Under the pieces are notes generated by a model. That model ran no database searches. It was not told where the DNA came from and saw only the letters and a program-made list of their open reading frames with translations. Below are positions 34,001-43,737 of a stretch of 62,096 nt of DNA, one piece after another (position 1 is the first letter of the stretch; every line of letters starts with the position of its first letter). Both the position numbers and the translations under genes were made by a program. Source of the stretch: an uncultured Pelagibacteraceae bacterium (lineage in GTDB: Bacteria > Pseudomonadota > Alphaproteobacteria > Pelagibacterales > AG-422-B15); assembly GCA_905182145.1 (NCBI GenBank), contig CAJJAN010000005.1:1-62096 (forward strand), read 5' to 3'.

Positions 34001-34055
34001 CCTCTTTAGCTGTTTTTATTTTGCGCCCGCAAGCTGTAATTCAAATCAGCGCACC
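34001..34055 (-). promoter_or_regulatory. SAM-II / SAM-V-like H-type pseudoknot riboswitch candidate
   Basis: The minus-strand RNA reads GGUGCGC-UGAUUUGAAUUAC-AGCU-UGCGG-GCGC-AAAAUAAAAAC-AGCU-AAAGAGG. Stem 1 is GCGC/GCGC, loop 1 is U-rich, stem 2 is AGCU/AGCU, loop 3 is A-rich, and the SD abuts the 3' strand. It lies upstream of metX, the classic context of the SAM-II (metA) motif. Confidence 0.5.
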
Positions 34056-34163
34056 TTTTTATTACTATTTGGTTGATTATAAGTCAATTAAGTTAATGAA
34101 TTAATATTAAAATATAAAAGAATTTCTTTAAAATTAGTCAATATTCACTTATCTATTAGATAA

Positions 34164-35249
34164 ATGAGCACTGTAAAAACATTAAAAAATATTAGCGCAT
34201 ATCAAGCTGGGGAAAGTAAAATTGCAGGTAAAAATGATGTCATAAAGCTTTCATCAAATGAATCTCCATTTGGACCAAGTCAAAAAGTACTAGATAAAAT
34301 AAAAAAAGTATCAGCAACTGCAAATAGGTACCCTGAAAGCGGGAGTGTGCAATTAAAAGATTCAATATCCAAAAGATACAAATTAAATAAAAAGAACATT
34401 TTTTGTGCAAATGGTTCAGATGAAATCTTGGGTTTAATTTGTCAGCTTTATCTAACAAAGGGCGATGAAGTTATTATCCCACATAATAGTTTTTTAATGT
34501 ACGAAATTTATTCTAAAATAAATAATGCAAAAGTTATTAAATCTAAAACTATTGATTATAATGTTGATGTTAAAAGTATTTTAAGTAGCATAAGTAAAAA
34601 AACAAAAATAATTTTTATAGCTAATCCAAATAATCCAACAGGACTTTATTTAGATAAATTGAGTTTAGATCAATTTATAAAAAAAATTCCTAAAAAAATA
34701 ATTATTGTTCTAGATGCTGCTTACGCAGAATACTTAAGTGAAAATGATTATGAAAGTGGAATGAGTTATATCAAGAAGTATGATAATATTATAGTAACGA
34801 GGACATTTTCTAAGATTTATGGCTTAGCATCTTTAAGGCTTGGATGGTGTTACACTAACCAAGGTATAATTAGTTTGCTTGATAAAATAAGAGGTCCATT
34901 TAATGTAAACAGAATAGCTCAAGAAGCTGGCGCTGTTGCAGTTTTAGAGAAAAATGTAGAAAAAAAACTAATTTCTCATAACAAGATTTGGCTTAAAAAA
35001 GTTAAAGATGAACTAAGTAAACTTCCATTGGTTGTATATGATAGCCAGGCAAATTTTATATTTATTAAATGTAAAAAAGGAATTAAAGAAAAAGATAGAT
35101 TAAATAAATATTTATTAAGTAAATCTATTATTATAAGAACTCTAGATAATTATAATATGCCAGAATGTATAAGAGTTACAATTGGAACAGAAAAAGAAAA
35201 TAAGATTTTAATAGGTGCGTTTAAATCGTTTTTTAAAAATGACAAATAA
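34164..35249 (+). CDS. hisC: Histidinol-phosphate aminotransferase
   Basis: Class-II aminotransferase with LSSNESP, NPNNPTG and the TFSKIYGLA..RLGW PLP-lysine motif. Confidence 0.85.
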   Translation: MSTVKTLKNISAYQAGESKIAGKNDVIKLSSNESPFGPSQKVLDKIKKVSATANRYPESGSVQLKDSISKRYKLNKKNIFCANGSDEILGLICQLYLTKGDEVIIPHNSFLMYEIYSKINNAKVIKSKTIDYNVDVKSILSSISKKTKIIFIANPNNPTGLYLDKLSLDQFIKKIPKKIIIVLDAAYAEYLSENDYESGMSYIKKYDNIIVTRTFSKIYGLASLRLGWCYTNQGIISLLDKIRGPFNVNRIAQEAGAVAVLEKNVEKKLISHNKIWLKKVKDELSKLPLVVYDSQANFIFIKCKKGIKEKDRLNKYLLSKSIIIRTLDNYNMPECIRVTIGTEKENKILIGAFKSFFKNDK

Positions 35250-36168
35250 ATCAAAATTTAATAATATTGCAATTATCGGCTTAGGGCTGATAGGTTCTTC
35301 AGTAGCACTAGCAATAAAAAAAAATAGAATTGCTATATCTACCACTGGCTACGCTAAAAGCATTAAAACTAGGCAAACTGCGAAAAAAATTAAATTAGTC
35401 TCTAAAGTTGAGTCTTCTATTGAAAAAACCGTTAAAAATGCTGACTTAGTAATTATATGTACTCCTTTAGGCAGTTACAAAAAACTATTTTGGGAGATAA
35501 AGCCACATTTAAAAAAAGATACAATTATTACTGATGTAGGCTCAGCAAAAACAAGAGTCATGGCTGATGTTAAAAAAATTATAAGTAAAGAGTTTGACTT
35601 TATTCCTGCACATCCAATTGCTGGTACAGAAAAAAGTGGTCCAGAGGCAGGCTTTGCAGAACTTTTTATAAACAGATGGTGTATTATAACTCCATATAGA
35701 GACACTAATAAAAAAAATATTTTAATAGTAAAAAAATTCTGGGAAAAAATTGGAAGTAGTGTTGAAATAATGTCACCAGAACACCATGACCGAGTCCTTG
35801 CTATTACTTCTCACTTACCACACTTGATTGCCTATAACATTGTTAATACAGCTGCAGACCTAGAGACTGTTACAAAATCGGATGTTATTAAATATAGTGC
35901 AAGTGGATTTAGAGATTTTACCAGAATAGCATCATCTGACCCAACAATGTGGCGAGATATATTTATAAATAACAAAGAAGCAGTTTTAGAGATGATTGGC
36001 AGATTTTCTGAGGACCTCAGTGTATTGCAAAAAGCTGTTAGATGGAATGATGAGGATACTTTATTCAAGATATTTAGTGGAACTAGAAAAATTAGAAAAA
36101 AGATAATTGCTGCAGGTCAGGATATAGACGCAGATGATTTTGGCAGATCTAAGAAAAAACTAAAATAA
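35239..36168 (+). CDS. Prephenate/arogenate (cyclohexadienyl) dehydrogenase
   Basis: NAD fold IIGLGLIGSS, with conserved DVGS.K and HPIAGTE motifs. Start set at ATG 35239. The hisC-tyrC pairing is typical of alphaproteobacteria. Confidence 0.8.
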   Translation: MTNKSKFNNIAIIGLGLIGSSVALAIKKNRIAISTTGYAKSIKTRQTAKKIKLVSKVESSIEKTVKNADLVIICTPLGSYKKLFWEIKPHLKKDTIITDVGSAKTRVMADVKKIISKEFDFIPAHPIAGTEKSGPEAGFAELFINRWCIITPYRDTNKKNILIVKKFWEKIGSSVEIMSPEHHDRVLAITSHLPHLIAYNIVNTAADLETVTKSDVIKYSASGFRDFTRIASSDPTMWRDIFINNKEAVLEMIGRFSEDLSVLQKAVRWNDEDTLFKIFSGTRKIRKKIIAAGQDIDADDFGRSKKKLK

Positions 36169-36801
36169 GTTATCTAAATCTAATTCAAAAAAAAGTAGTT
36201 TTAAGATATTATTCTCAATTGAAATAGGAGCAGCAAATTTCTTTTCCCCATTATTATCATAAATATCTAGTTGAAGATTTCCATTTAATTTATTATTAAT
36301 AAAATTAATTTTTCCATCTAAAATTATATTATTTAATTTTTTATTATAATCAAAAAATATATTTTTATATGCGATTTCATTTTCTTCAAACATAAATATT
36401 GATCTTTTTATCAACTCATTTTCTATAACGATTGAAAGACGACTTTGGTTATTAAATATATCGAGTTCTTGAGCTACATTTTTAAACTTTAAAGAAGACG
36501 AATTTGATTGAAAAAAAATTTTATTAAATGAAAATGGAGAAATACTAATTTTAAGATGAGGAATTGTTAGATAGAGGTAATCTTCTTGGTCTCTTTCTAA
36601 AGATAAATTTTTTATATGCGATTCGAGCCTGTAGGGAAAACCAGTTACATATATTTGATCAATTGATATTTCTTGCTTATTAATGAAATATTCAATTTCA
36701 TTCTTAAATTTTATTGAAACATAAATCCAATATGCGGAATAGAGTAGTAAAGAAAAAAGAATTAAGTAGAATATTTTTTTTAAAGATGAGATTTTATCCA
36801 T
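36160..36801 (-). CDS. Hypothetical membrane-anchored protein (possibly DUF2125-like)
   Basis: N-terminal TM helix followed by a YW...GFPYRL pattern, which I recall from alphaproteobacterial DUF2125. It is shorter than typical family members. Confidence 0.45.
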   Translation of the reverse strand: MDKISSLKKIFYLILFSLLLYSAYWIYVSIKFKNEIEYFINKQEISIDQIYVTGFPYRLESHIKNLSLERDQEDYLYLTIPHLKISISPFSFNKIFFQSNSSSLKFKNVAQELDIFNNQSRLSIVIENELIKRSIFMFEENEIAYKNIFFDYNKKLNNIILDGKINFINNKLNGNLQLDIYDNNGEKKFAAPISIENNILKLLFFELDLDNLF

Positions 36802-36879
36802 ACAAGTTTATAGTTTTATAAACAATTAAAGTATTGTTTTTATTCATTAAAATTAAGTTATCCACAGCTTGTTATATTA

Positions 36880-37620
36880 TTAAACCTTACCTGTGGATTG
36901 ATTCTGAGCTTCTAACACTAATTCATTAGTTCTTTTTTCAATAGTCCTTTTAAGGATATCACTAAAATCTTCTGGATCCATTCCAGGCTCAATAGGCTTT
37001 AAGAATTCAATTACCATTTTCCCTGGATATCTTAAAAATTTCCTTCGTGGCCAAAAATAACCTGTATTTACAGCTACTGGTAAACACGGAACATTCAACC
37101 CTTTATATAGTGCAGTAATGCCATATTTATATGGTTTTGTTTCACCAATTGGAGTTCTTGTGCCTTCTGGAAAAATTAAAAGAGGCCTTGGATCTTTTTC
37201 CATACTTACCTTCGATTTTCTTACCAATGTTTCAATAGGTGTTTCACCTTTAGTTCTATTTACATAAATAAAATTTGCTTTTTTAAAACATAGCCCAACT
37301 ATTGGGATATATAATAATTCTCTTTTTGCAACAATACTTGGTTTTTCAATTGCATAATTTAGAAACACTCCTTCAGCTAATGACTGATGTTTGGAGGCAA
37401 TTAAGTATTTCCTAAACTTTGGTATATTTTCTGTCCCTCTAAATTCAACTCTTAAATTTACTAAATACTTTAAGTTGATTAGTGCATGAATAGACTGGAA
37501 TCGAATTAGCCAAAAAATTACAGAGCGTGGCATAACAAATGAAAAAGGCGCAACAACAAGAGAGCCTATAATAAAAAAATAAAAGAAAAAATTTGATAAT
37601 AATGATCTAATAAATAACAT
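36880..37620 (-). CDS. plsC: 1-acyl-sn-glycerol-3-phosphate acyltransferase
   Basis: Acyltransferase motifs KHQSLAEG (HX4-acidic) and FPEGTR, with an N-terminal TM segment. Confidence 0.82.
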   Translation of the reverse strand: MLFIRSLLSNFFFYFFIIGSLVVAPFSFVMPRSVIFWLIRFQSIHALINLKYLVNLRVEFRGTENIPKFRKYLIASKHQSLAEGVFLNYAIEKPSIVAKRELLYIPIVGLCFKKANFIYVNRTKGETPIETLVRKSKVSMEKDPRPLLIFPEGTRTPIGETKPYKYGITALYKGLNVPCLPVAVNTGYFWPRRKFLRYPGKMVIEFLKPIEPGMDPEDFSDILKRTIEKRTNELVLEAQNQSTGKV

Positions 37621-37621
37621 A

Positions 37622-38221
37622 CTATATTTTTACCAGAAAGCTTAGAGAGGTCCTTAAATACTTAATATATTCAAAAGTTATTTTTTTAATCATTTCTAAA
37701 GAAATATTTGATTCATCATCTTCAGTAATATTTACTGGATTATAATATAAAATATTTTCTTGGAAAAATCTTGAAAATTCTAATTTAACTCTTGGTATAT
37801 GGTAATTTGAAGTAACTATTAATAAAGTTTTTAATTGTCGATCTCTTGCCCAAAAATAAGCTTCTCTTGAATTCTCAAATGTATTTGTAGAAACTTTATC
37901 AATATCTATACAACAATCAAAAAGCTGCTTAGTCTCTGGATCATTGCCATACAGGGATATTATCTTGGATTTTGAAATTTTTTTATTTACCCCTGAAATA
38001 AGTAATCTTTCATTTGAGTTTTTTTTTAAAATTTTAATACCTTCTGAAATCCTGTATTTATCGCCAGTCAACACAACAATTCCATCAGTTTTAATAAGAG
38101 TAGTATTTTGATTACTTGTGCTAGGAATTTGGAATAGATAGTAAGTAAAATGAACTATTATTAATATTACTATTACAAATAATGAGGCATATAATATTTT
38201 TTTATTAATTTGATGTATCAT
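37622..38221 (-). CDS. YdcF/ElyC (DUF218) family protein
   Basis: N-terminal TM, GIVVLTG, and a TSNYHIPR motif typical of DUF218. Confidence 0.7.
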   Translation of the reverse strand: MIHQINKKILYASLFVIVILIIVHFTYYLFQIPSTSNQNTTLIKTDGIVVLTGDKYRISEGIKILKKNSNERLLISGVNKKISKSKIISLYGNDPETKQLFDCCIDIDKVSTNTFENSREAYFWARDRQLKTLLIVTSNYHIPRVKLEFSRFFQENILYYNPVNITEDDESNISLEMIKKITFEYIKYLRTSLSFLVKI

Positions 38222-38268
38222 ATAAAATAATAGATTATTCTAAAAATATAAATTTAACTAAATATTTT

Positions 38269-38643
38269 ATGATTATTTCTTGTACATCATGTGAAGCAAA
38301 ATATCTTGTAGACCCTGTCCAAATAAGTGTTGGTAGACAGGTACGATGTGCTCGCTGTAATTTTTCTTGGTTTCAAGATAATACAGGTTTTGAAGTAAAT
38401 GAATCTGTTTCTAATTCTGAAGAAGTCATAGAAAAAAGAAACCCTGAATCTGATAAAAATTTACCCGCTGTTTATAAAGAAAAGAAAAAATTATCTCGAG
38501 ACAAGACTGCCATTATTATTCTTATATTATTTATAGTATCAGCCTTAGGCATTGATCACTTCAATAAAATTGACCCAGTAGAGATGTTGTATATTAAGTA
38601 TAGCACTATTGAAATTCTTCAGAATATATTCTTACCAAGGTAA
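38269..38643 (+). CDS. MJ0042-type zinc-ribbon membrane protein
   Basis: CTSC..(17)..CARC zinc ribbon at the N-terminus, an acidic linker and one TM helix. Confidence 0.6.
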   Translation: MIISCTSCEAKYLVDPVQISVGRQVRCARCNFSWFQDNTGFEVNESVSNSEEVIEKRNPESDKNLPAVYKEKKKLSRDKTAIIILILFIVSALGIDHFNKIDPVEMLYIKYSTIEILQNIFLPR

Positions 38644-39903
38644 TTAATTCTTATTAATTTTAATTTCCTGAGCAATACTTTCTTCAAAAGATTGTCGATT
38701 TCTAATTATATTATAATTATCTTTATCAATTAATATTTCATCAACAAGTGGTCGAACATTATAATTAGAACTCATTGATGAACCATAAGCTCCAGAATTT
38801 AGTATAGCCAATAAATCTCCTTCTTTTACATCATAGAATTCATTGCTAGAAAATAATCTATCTGTAGATTCACAGATTGGGCCAACTATGTCAGTAGAGA
38901 TTTTTTCAGTATTTTTAGTTTCTGCTAATGGCAAGATTTTATGATAACCATCATATAATGCAGGCCTCATTAAGTCGTTCATCCCGCAGTCAGTAATAAT
39001 AAATTTTTTCTCACCATGTTTCTTTATATATAAAACTTTTGTTACCAATATACCAGTATCCCATGAAATCGACCTGCCTGGTTCAATGACAACTGTAAGA
39101 TTTTTTGTATCAAAAGAATTTTTTACAAGTTCAGCGTATTCTTCAATTGGAAACTCTTTTTGGTTATTTTCATAATCAACACCAAAGCCTCCCCCTATAT
39201 CTAACACTTTAATAATCTGCTTATTTTTATTGATTTCTTTAATTAATTCACCTGTCTTTTGAAATACTTTCTTAAAAGGCTCTATATCATGAATTTGACT
39301 GCCTATATGAAAAGCAATGCCTGATATGTCAATATTCTCAAAATGTTCATTATTTAAAAATAGATTTTTTACTTCAGAAAATGGAATACCAAATTTATCA
39401 CCAATTCCTCCAGTTGAAATATTCTCATGAGTTTTTCCTGTAACGTCAGGATTAATTCTAATCCCAACCTGCTGAAGAGTACCAAGTTTTTGTGCTATTT
39501 TGTTTATAGTATTTAATTCACTGGTGGACTCTGCATTTATTTGAAATATTTTGTTTATAATTGCAAACTCAATTTCATCACTAGTTTTACCTACACCTGA
39601 AAAAACTATGTCATGAGGCATAATGCCTGCTATTAGTGATTTTTTTAATTCGCCAACAGAGACAACGTCGGCACCAGCACCTTCTTTTTGTAACAGGTTT
39701 AGTATTGATAAATTAGAATTAGATTTGGTTGCATAACAAATCTTTGGATTAATTTCTTTAAACGCATTTTTTAAAGCATTAAAATTATTTTTAAATGCAT
39801 TAGCACTATAGCAATAAAATGGGGTTTGAACTTCTGTTGCTATATCTGCAATAGACATATTTTCAGATGTTAAATTTTCATCTTTATAATTAAAATATTT
39901 CAT
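38644..39903 (-). CDS. lysA: Diaminopimelate decarboxylase
   Basis: Group IV decarboxylase with YATKSN (PLP lysine), DIGGGFG and CESTD motifs. Confidence 0.92.
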   Translation of the reverse strand: MKYFNYKDENLTSENMSIADIATEVQTPFYCYSANAFKNNFNALKNAFKEINPKICYATKSNSNLSILNLLQKEGAGADVVSVGELKKSLIAGIMPHDIVFSGVGKTSDEIEFAIINKIFQINAESTSELNTINKIAQKLGTLQQVGIRINPDVTGKTHENISTGGIGDKFGIPFSEVKNLFLNNEHFENIDISGIAFHIGSQIHDIEPFKKVFQKTGELIKEINKNKQIIKVLDIGGGFGVDYENNQKEFPIEEYAELVKNSFDTKNLTVVIEPGRSISWDTGILVTKVLYIKKHGEKKFIITDCGMNDLMRPALYDGYHKILPLAETKNTEKISTDIVGPICESTDRLFSSNEFYDVKEGDLLAILNSGAYGSSMSSNYNVRPLVDEILIDKDNYNIIRNRQSFEESIAQEIKINKN

Positions 39904-39907
39904 AATA

Positions 39908-40039
39908 TTAAATTAATGTAGATGATACTTCTTTAAGAATATTATTTTGAGATGTTGTTTCAGGTAACTCTAAAGATCCCTTTTTACCACAACTAATAAA
40001 CGATAAACTAAGTATCAAAAAAATAGTAATTTTTTTCAT
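39908..40039 (-). CDS. Small lipoprotein, LptM/YifL-like (43 aa); absent from the supplied ORF track
   Basis: It translates to MKKITIFLILSLSFISCGKKGSLELPETTSQNNILKEVSSTLI. It has a lipobox Cys17 followed by GKKGSLELP, which resembles the CGxKGPLxLP motif. Its ATG overlaps the argH TGA (ATGA), and it ends 4 nt before the lysA ATG. Confidence 0.6.
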   Translation of the reverse strand: MKKITIFLILSLSFISCGKKGSLELPETTSQNNILKEVSSTLI

Positions 40040-41424
40040 TTATTTATTTTCTTTGCTTTTTTTATCATCTTAATTACTTCTGATGGACTTGTTCCACCAT
40101 AACTTGTTTTACTTAAAACTGCATTTTTTATATTTAATGATTTAAAAATATTATTATTAATATTTGAATCAAATTTTTTAAGTTCTTCAAGACTTAAATC
40201 TTCTAATCTTAGCTTGTTTATTTCAGCAAAATTAACAATTTTAGCTGAGATTTGATGGGCTTTTCTAAATGAATATCCTAGATTTTTAACTAGCCAATCA
40301 GCTAATTCAGTTGCATTAGAATAGCCATCTAAAGCAGCTTTAAGCATATTTTCTTTATTCAATCTTATACCTTTTAAAATTTCTGTAATTACCTTGATGG
40401 ATACATGTAAATTCTTACTTGTATCAACAACTAGCTTTTTGTCTTCTTGAAGATCTTTGCTGTAAGACAAGGGAAGTGCCTTCATTATATTTAATAATGA
40501 AAGTAGATTCCCATTAATTAAAGACGCCTTTGCACGAACTAACTCAGCTGCATCAGGATTTTTCTTTTGAGGCATTATTGATGAACTAGACATCATCTCA
40601 TCTTTTATTTCACAAAATTTAACAAGATTGGAAGACCACAAAACTATCTCTTCAGCAATTCTTGATAAATGCATGGCACATGTGCTTGATGCATATAAGT
40701 AATCAATTACAAAATCTCTATCTGCAACACTATCTATAGAATTATTTGTTGGCCCATTAAATGAAAGTTTTTTAGAAGTTTCAAATCTATCTATTTTAAA
40801 AGAGGTTCCTGCCATGGCACAGGATCCAAGAGGATTTTTATTTAATCTTTCTCTTGATTCAATGAATCTATCAGTATCTCTCATAAACATTTCATAATAT
40901 GACATATAATAATGTCCTGCAGATATTGGCTGAGCTGTCTGTAGGTGAGTGAAGCCAGGCATGATTATATCAATATTTTTTTCAGCATTTTTTATTATGA
41001 TTTTTTTTAAGACCTTTAATTCAGTTAATATCAAATCTATGTCTTTTCTTAGCCATAGTTTTAGGTCTGTTACGACCTGATCATTTCTAGATCGTGCAGT
41101 ATGTAGTTTTCCCGCAACATCACCAACAAGCTCTTGAAGTCTATTCTCTATGTTCATATGAATATCTTCAAGCTCAGGATTGAAGATGAATTTATTATTT
41201 TTTATCTCTAATAGAATCTTTTTTAGCCCGGATGTGATTTTATTTTTTTCCAATACAGTAATTATCTTTTGTTTGGACAGCATTTCAGCGTGAGCTATAG
41301 AACCTTCAATATCTTCATTAAACATAAATTTGTCAAAATCAATTGAAGTATTGATCTCAGTAAAAATATCTTTATTTTTCTGATTAAATCTGTGTCTTAA
41401 TATAGGGTTTTTTTTTCTAGACAT
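40036..41424 (-). CDS. argH: Argininosuccinate lyase
   Basis: Fumarate-lyase signature SSIMPQKKNPD, with an N-terminal RF....EIN.SI.FD pattern. Start placed at ATG 41424. The ORF-track start at 41439 is a GTG. Confidence 0.92.
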   Translation of the reverse strand: MSRKKNPILRHRFNQKNKDIFTEINTSIDFDKFMFNEDIEGSIAHAEMLSKQKIITVLEKNKITSGLKKILLEIKNNKFIFNPELEDIHMNIENRLQELVGDVAGKLHTARSRNDQVVTDLKLWLRKDIDLILTELKVLKKIIIKNAEKNIDIIMPGFTHLQTAQPISAGHYYMSYYEMFMRDTDRFIESRERLNKNPLGSCAMAGTSFKIDRFETSKKLSFNGPTNNSIDSVADRDFVIDYLYASSTCAMHLSRIAEEIVLWSSNLVKFCEIKDEMMSSSSIMPQKKNPDAAELVRAKASLINGNLLSLLNIMKALPLSYSKDLQEDKKLVVDTSKNLHVSIKVITEILKGIRLNKENMLKAALDGYSNATELADWLVKNLGYSFRKAHQISAKIVNFAEINKLRLEDLSLEELKKFDSNINNNIFKSLNIKNAVLSKTSYGGTSPSEVIKMIKKAKKINK

Positions 41425-41440
41425 TATCTGTATTCTCACT

Positions 41441-41986
41441 ATGTATCTTTATATGAAATTATATAATATTATTACTAAAGTATCGTTGCTATATGCCACA
41501 TTATTTTTGTTTTGCAACCCCTTATATGCCGAAACAGATACATTAAAAAAAATAATTTTTGAAGAAAAGCCAGGATTTACAAGTAGCTTTGAGGATGTAA
41601 ATAGCAAAAAACACTTACTAAATGACTTTTCTGGTAAACTTATTTTAGTGAATTTATGGGCAACTTGGTGCGAACCTTGCAAAGAGGAAATGCCTTCATT
41701 AGATAGGTTGCAAAGTAAGTTTGATAAAAATAAATTTGAAGTAATTGCAATTAATCTTGATAGAGGTCCAAAAGCAAAGGCTATTAGTTTTTTTAGTGAC
41801 AATAATATAGAGAATATTGCACTTTATTTTGATAGCAAAAATAAAATTCCAAGAGAAATTAAGGCAATTGGATTACCAGCGACCATTTTAATTGATCAAA
41901 ATGGCATTCAGGTAGCAAAATATTTAGGACCAGCAGATTGGGAAGATCAATATTTTATAGATTTATTTTCTAAATATATTTTTTAG
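41441..41986 (+). CDS. Periplasmic thiol:disulfide oxidoreductase, TlpA/ResA family
   Basis: Signal peptide and thioredoxin motif WATWCEPCKEEMP. An alternative start exists at ATG 41453. Confidence 0.8.
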   Translation: MYLYMKLYNIITKVSLLYATLFLFCNPLYAETDTLKKIIFEEKPGFTSSFEDVNSKKHLLNDFSGKLILVNLWATWCEPCKEEMPSLDRLQSKFDKNKFEVIAINLDRGPKAKAISFFSDNNIENIALYFDSKNKIPREIKAIGLPATILIDQNGIQVAKYLGPADWEDQYFIDLFSKYIF

Positions 41987-42912
41987 AGCGCTTCTTCTAG
42001 CTCTGGTAGAACTTGAAACAAATCAGCAACAAGACCATAATCTGCAACATCAAAAATAGGAGCTTCTTCATCCTTATTTATTGCAACGATAATCTTTGAA
42101 TCTTTCATTCCTGCAAGATGCTGAATTGCTCCAGATATACCTACGGCAATATATAATTCAGGAGCAACTACTTTACCAGTTTGACCAACCTGATAATCAT
42201 TTGGAACAAAGCCAGCATCAACAGCAGCTCTTGAAGCACCAACTGCTGCATTTAATTTAGCAGCTACTTTATCTAAGAGTTCAAAGTTTTCACCATTTTG
42301 CATCCCTCTACCACCAGATATAATTGTTTTCGCAGAAGTTAATTCAGGTCTATCTGATTTTGTAAGTTCTTCACTGACAAATTCTGAAAGCGTTGGTATG
42401 TTTTCTGAAGAAACTTTTGTAATTTCGCATGCTGTGTCACCCAAAAGACTCATTTGAAAAGCAGTTGGTCTAATTGTTAATACTTTTTTTGCATCAGAAG
42501 ATTGTACTGTTGCAATTGCATTGCCTGCATAAATTGTTCTAATAAATGTATCGGGTGACTCAACACCTATTATTTCAGATATCTGGCTAACATCTAATTT
42601 TGCAGCCAATCTGGGCATTACATTTTTGCCAGTTGTAGTTGCTGCTGCAGCAAAAAAATTGTAATCAGCTGATATATCAAAAATAGCAGTCGTAAGCTTT
42701 TCTGCTAAAATATTATCAAATTCACTATTATCAAGATGAATAACTTTTGAAACGCCTTCAATTTTACTAGCTTGAGCAACTGCATCATCTATATTGCTAC
42801 CAGCAATAAGTACATGGAGTTCGTCTCCAAATTTTTTTGCGCCACTAATTGCTTTTAAGCTTTGATCACTTAATTGACCTTTTGCATGTTCGGTAAAAAA
42901 TAATGTTGTCAT
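41983..42912 (-). CDS. etfA: Electron transfer flavoprotein alpha subunit
   Basis: 309 aa with the C-terminal FAD block [28 protein letters not shown]. Confidence 0.92.
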   Translation of the reverse strand: MTTLFFTEHAKGQLSDQSLKAISGAKKFGDELHVLIAGSNIDDAVAQASKIEGVSKVIHLDNSEFDNILAEKLTTAIFDISADYNFFAAAATTTGKNVMPRLAAKLDVSQISEIIGVESPDTFIRTIYAGNAIATVQSSDAKKVLTIRPTAFQMSLLGDTACEITKVSSENIPTLSEFVSEELTKSDRPELTSAKTIISGGRGMQNGENFELLDKVAAKLNAAVGASRAAVDAGFVPNDYQVGQTGKVVAPELYIAVGISGAIQHLAGMKDSKIIVAINKDEEAPIFDVADYGLVADLFQVLPELEEAL

Positions 42913-43658
42913 ATTACACCTGCTTCATTTTTAAGTTTTTCTACTAATTCTGATACTGATTCTACTTTGATTCCAGCTTGTCTCTTGGGTGGCTCAACCA
43001 CCTTTAATATTTTTAATCTAGGCGACACATCAACACCAAAATCTTCTGGTGCCTTTTGGTCGATAGTTTTTTTCTTTGCCTTCATAATATTTGGCAGCGA
43101 AGCATATCTTGGTTCATTAAGTCTTAAGTCTGTTGTAATAACTGCAGGCATACTAATTTTTATTGTTTGTAAACCACCATCGACTTCTCTTGTAACAATA
43201 GCTTGCTCACCTTCAATATCAATTTTAGATGCAAATGTGCCTTGGGATAAATTAGTTAGTGCAGCAAACATTTGTCCCGTTTGATTATTATCACCATCAA
43301 TTGCTTGTTTGCCCATTACCACTAGTCCTGGTTTTTCTTCTTCATATATTTTAGCTAAAATTTTTGCTAGAGCTAATGGCTCTAAAATATTATCAGTTAG
43401 CACGTGAATTCCTCTGTCAGCACCCATTGCTAAAGCAGTTCTAATTGTTTCTTGGCATTGTTGGTTGCCTATAGAGATTGCAATTATTTCTTCTGCCTTG
43501 CCTGCTTCCTTTAATCTAATAGCTTCTTCTACTGCTATTTCACAAAAAGGATTCATAGACATTTTTACATTATCAGTTTCAACACCTGTTTGATCAGATT
43601 TTACTCTAATGTTTACATAAGGATCGATAACTCTTTTTACGGGTACTAGGATCTTCAT
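42909..43658 (-). CDS. etfB: Electron transfer flavoprotein beta subunit
   Basis: [11 protein letters not shown]-terminus and 249 aa. It overlaps the etfA start by 4 nt. Confidence 0.92.
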   Translation of the reverse strand: MKILVPVKRVIDPYVNIRVKSDQTGVETDNVKMSMNPFCEIAVEEAIRLKEAGKAEEIIAISIGNQQCQETIRTALAMGADRGIHVLTDNILEPLALAKILAKIYEEEKPGLVVMGKQAIDGDNNQTGQMFAALTNLSQGTFASKIDIEGEQAIVTREVDGGLQTIKISMPAVITTDLRLNEPRYASLPNIMKAKKKTIDQKAPEDFGVDVSPRLKILKVVEPPKRQAGIKVESVSELVEKLKNEAGVI

Positions 43659-43737
43659 TTAAAAGTTCTTTCTAATTAATTTATTAAAGAAATATATCGT
43701 TAGGAATTATAGTATTTTTAGCTTTTGATCAATTAAT

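Noticed and set aside
36858-36866. A perfect DnaA box TTATCCACA in the plsC/DUF2125-like spacer, plus an 8/9 match at 51891-51899. This raised the possibility of oriC.
   Set aside because: These are single isolated boxes. One 9-mer match is roughly what chance predicts in 62 kb on both strands. There is no box cluster, no adjacent DNA-unwinding element and no typical origin-flanking genes.
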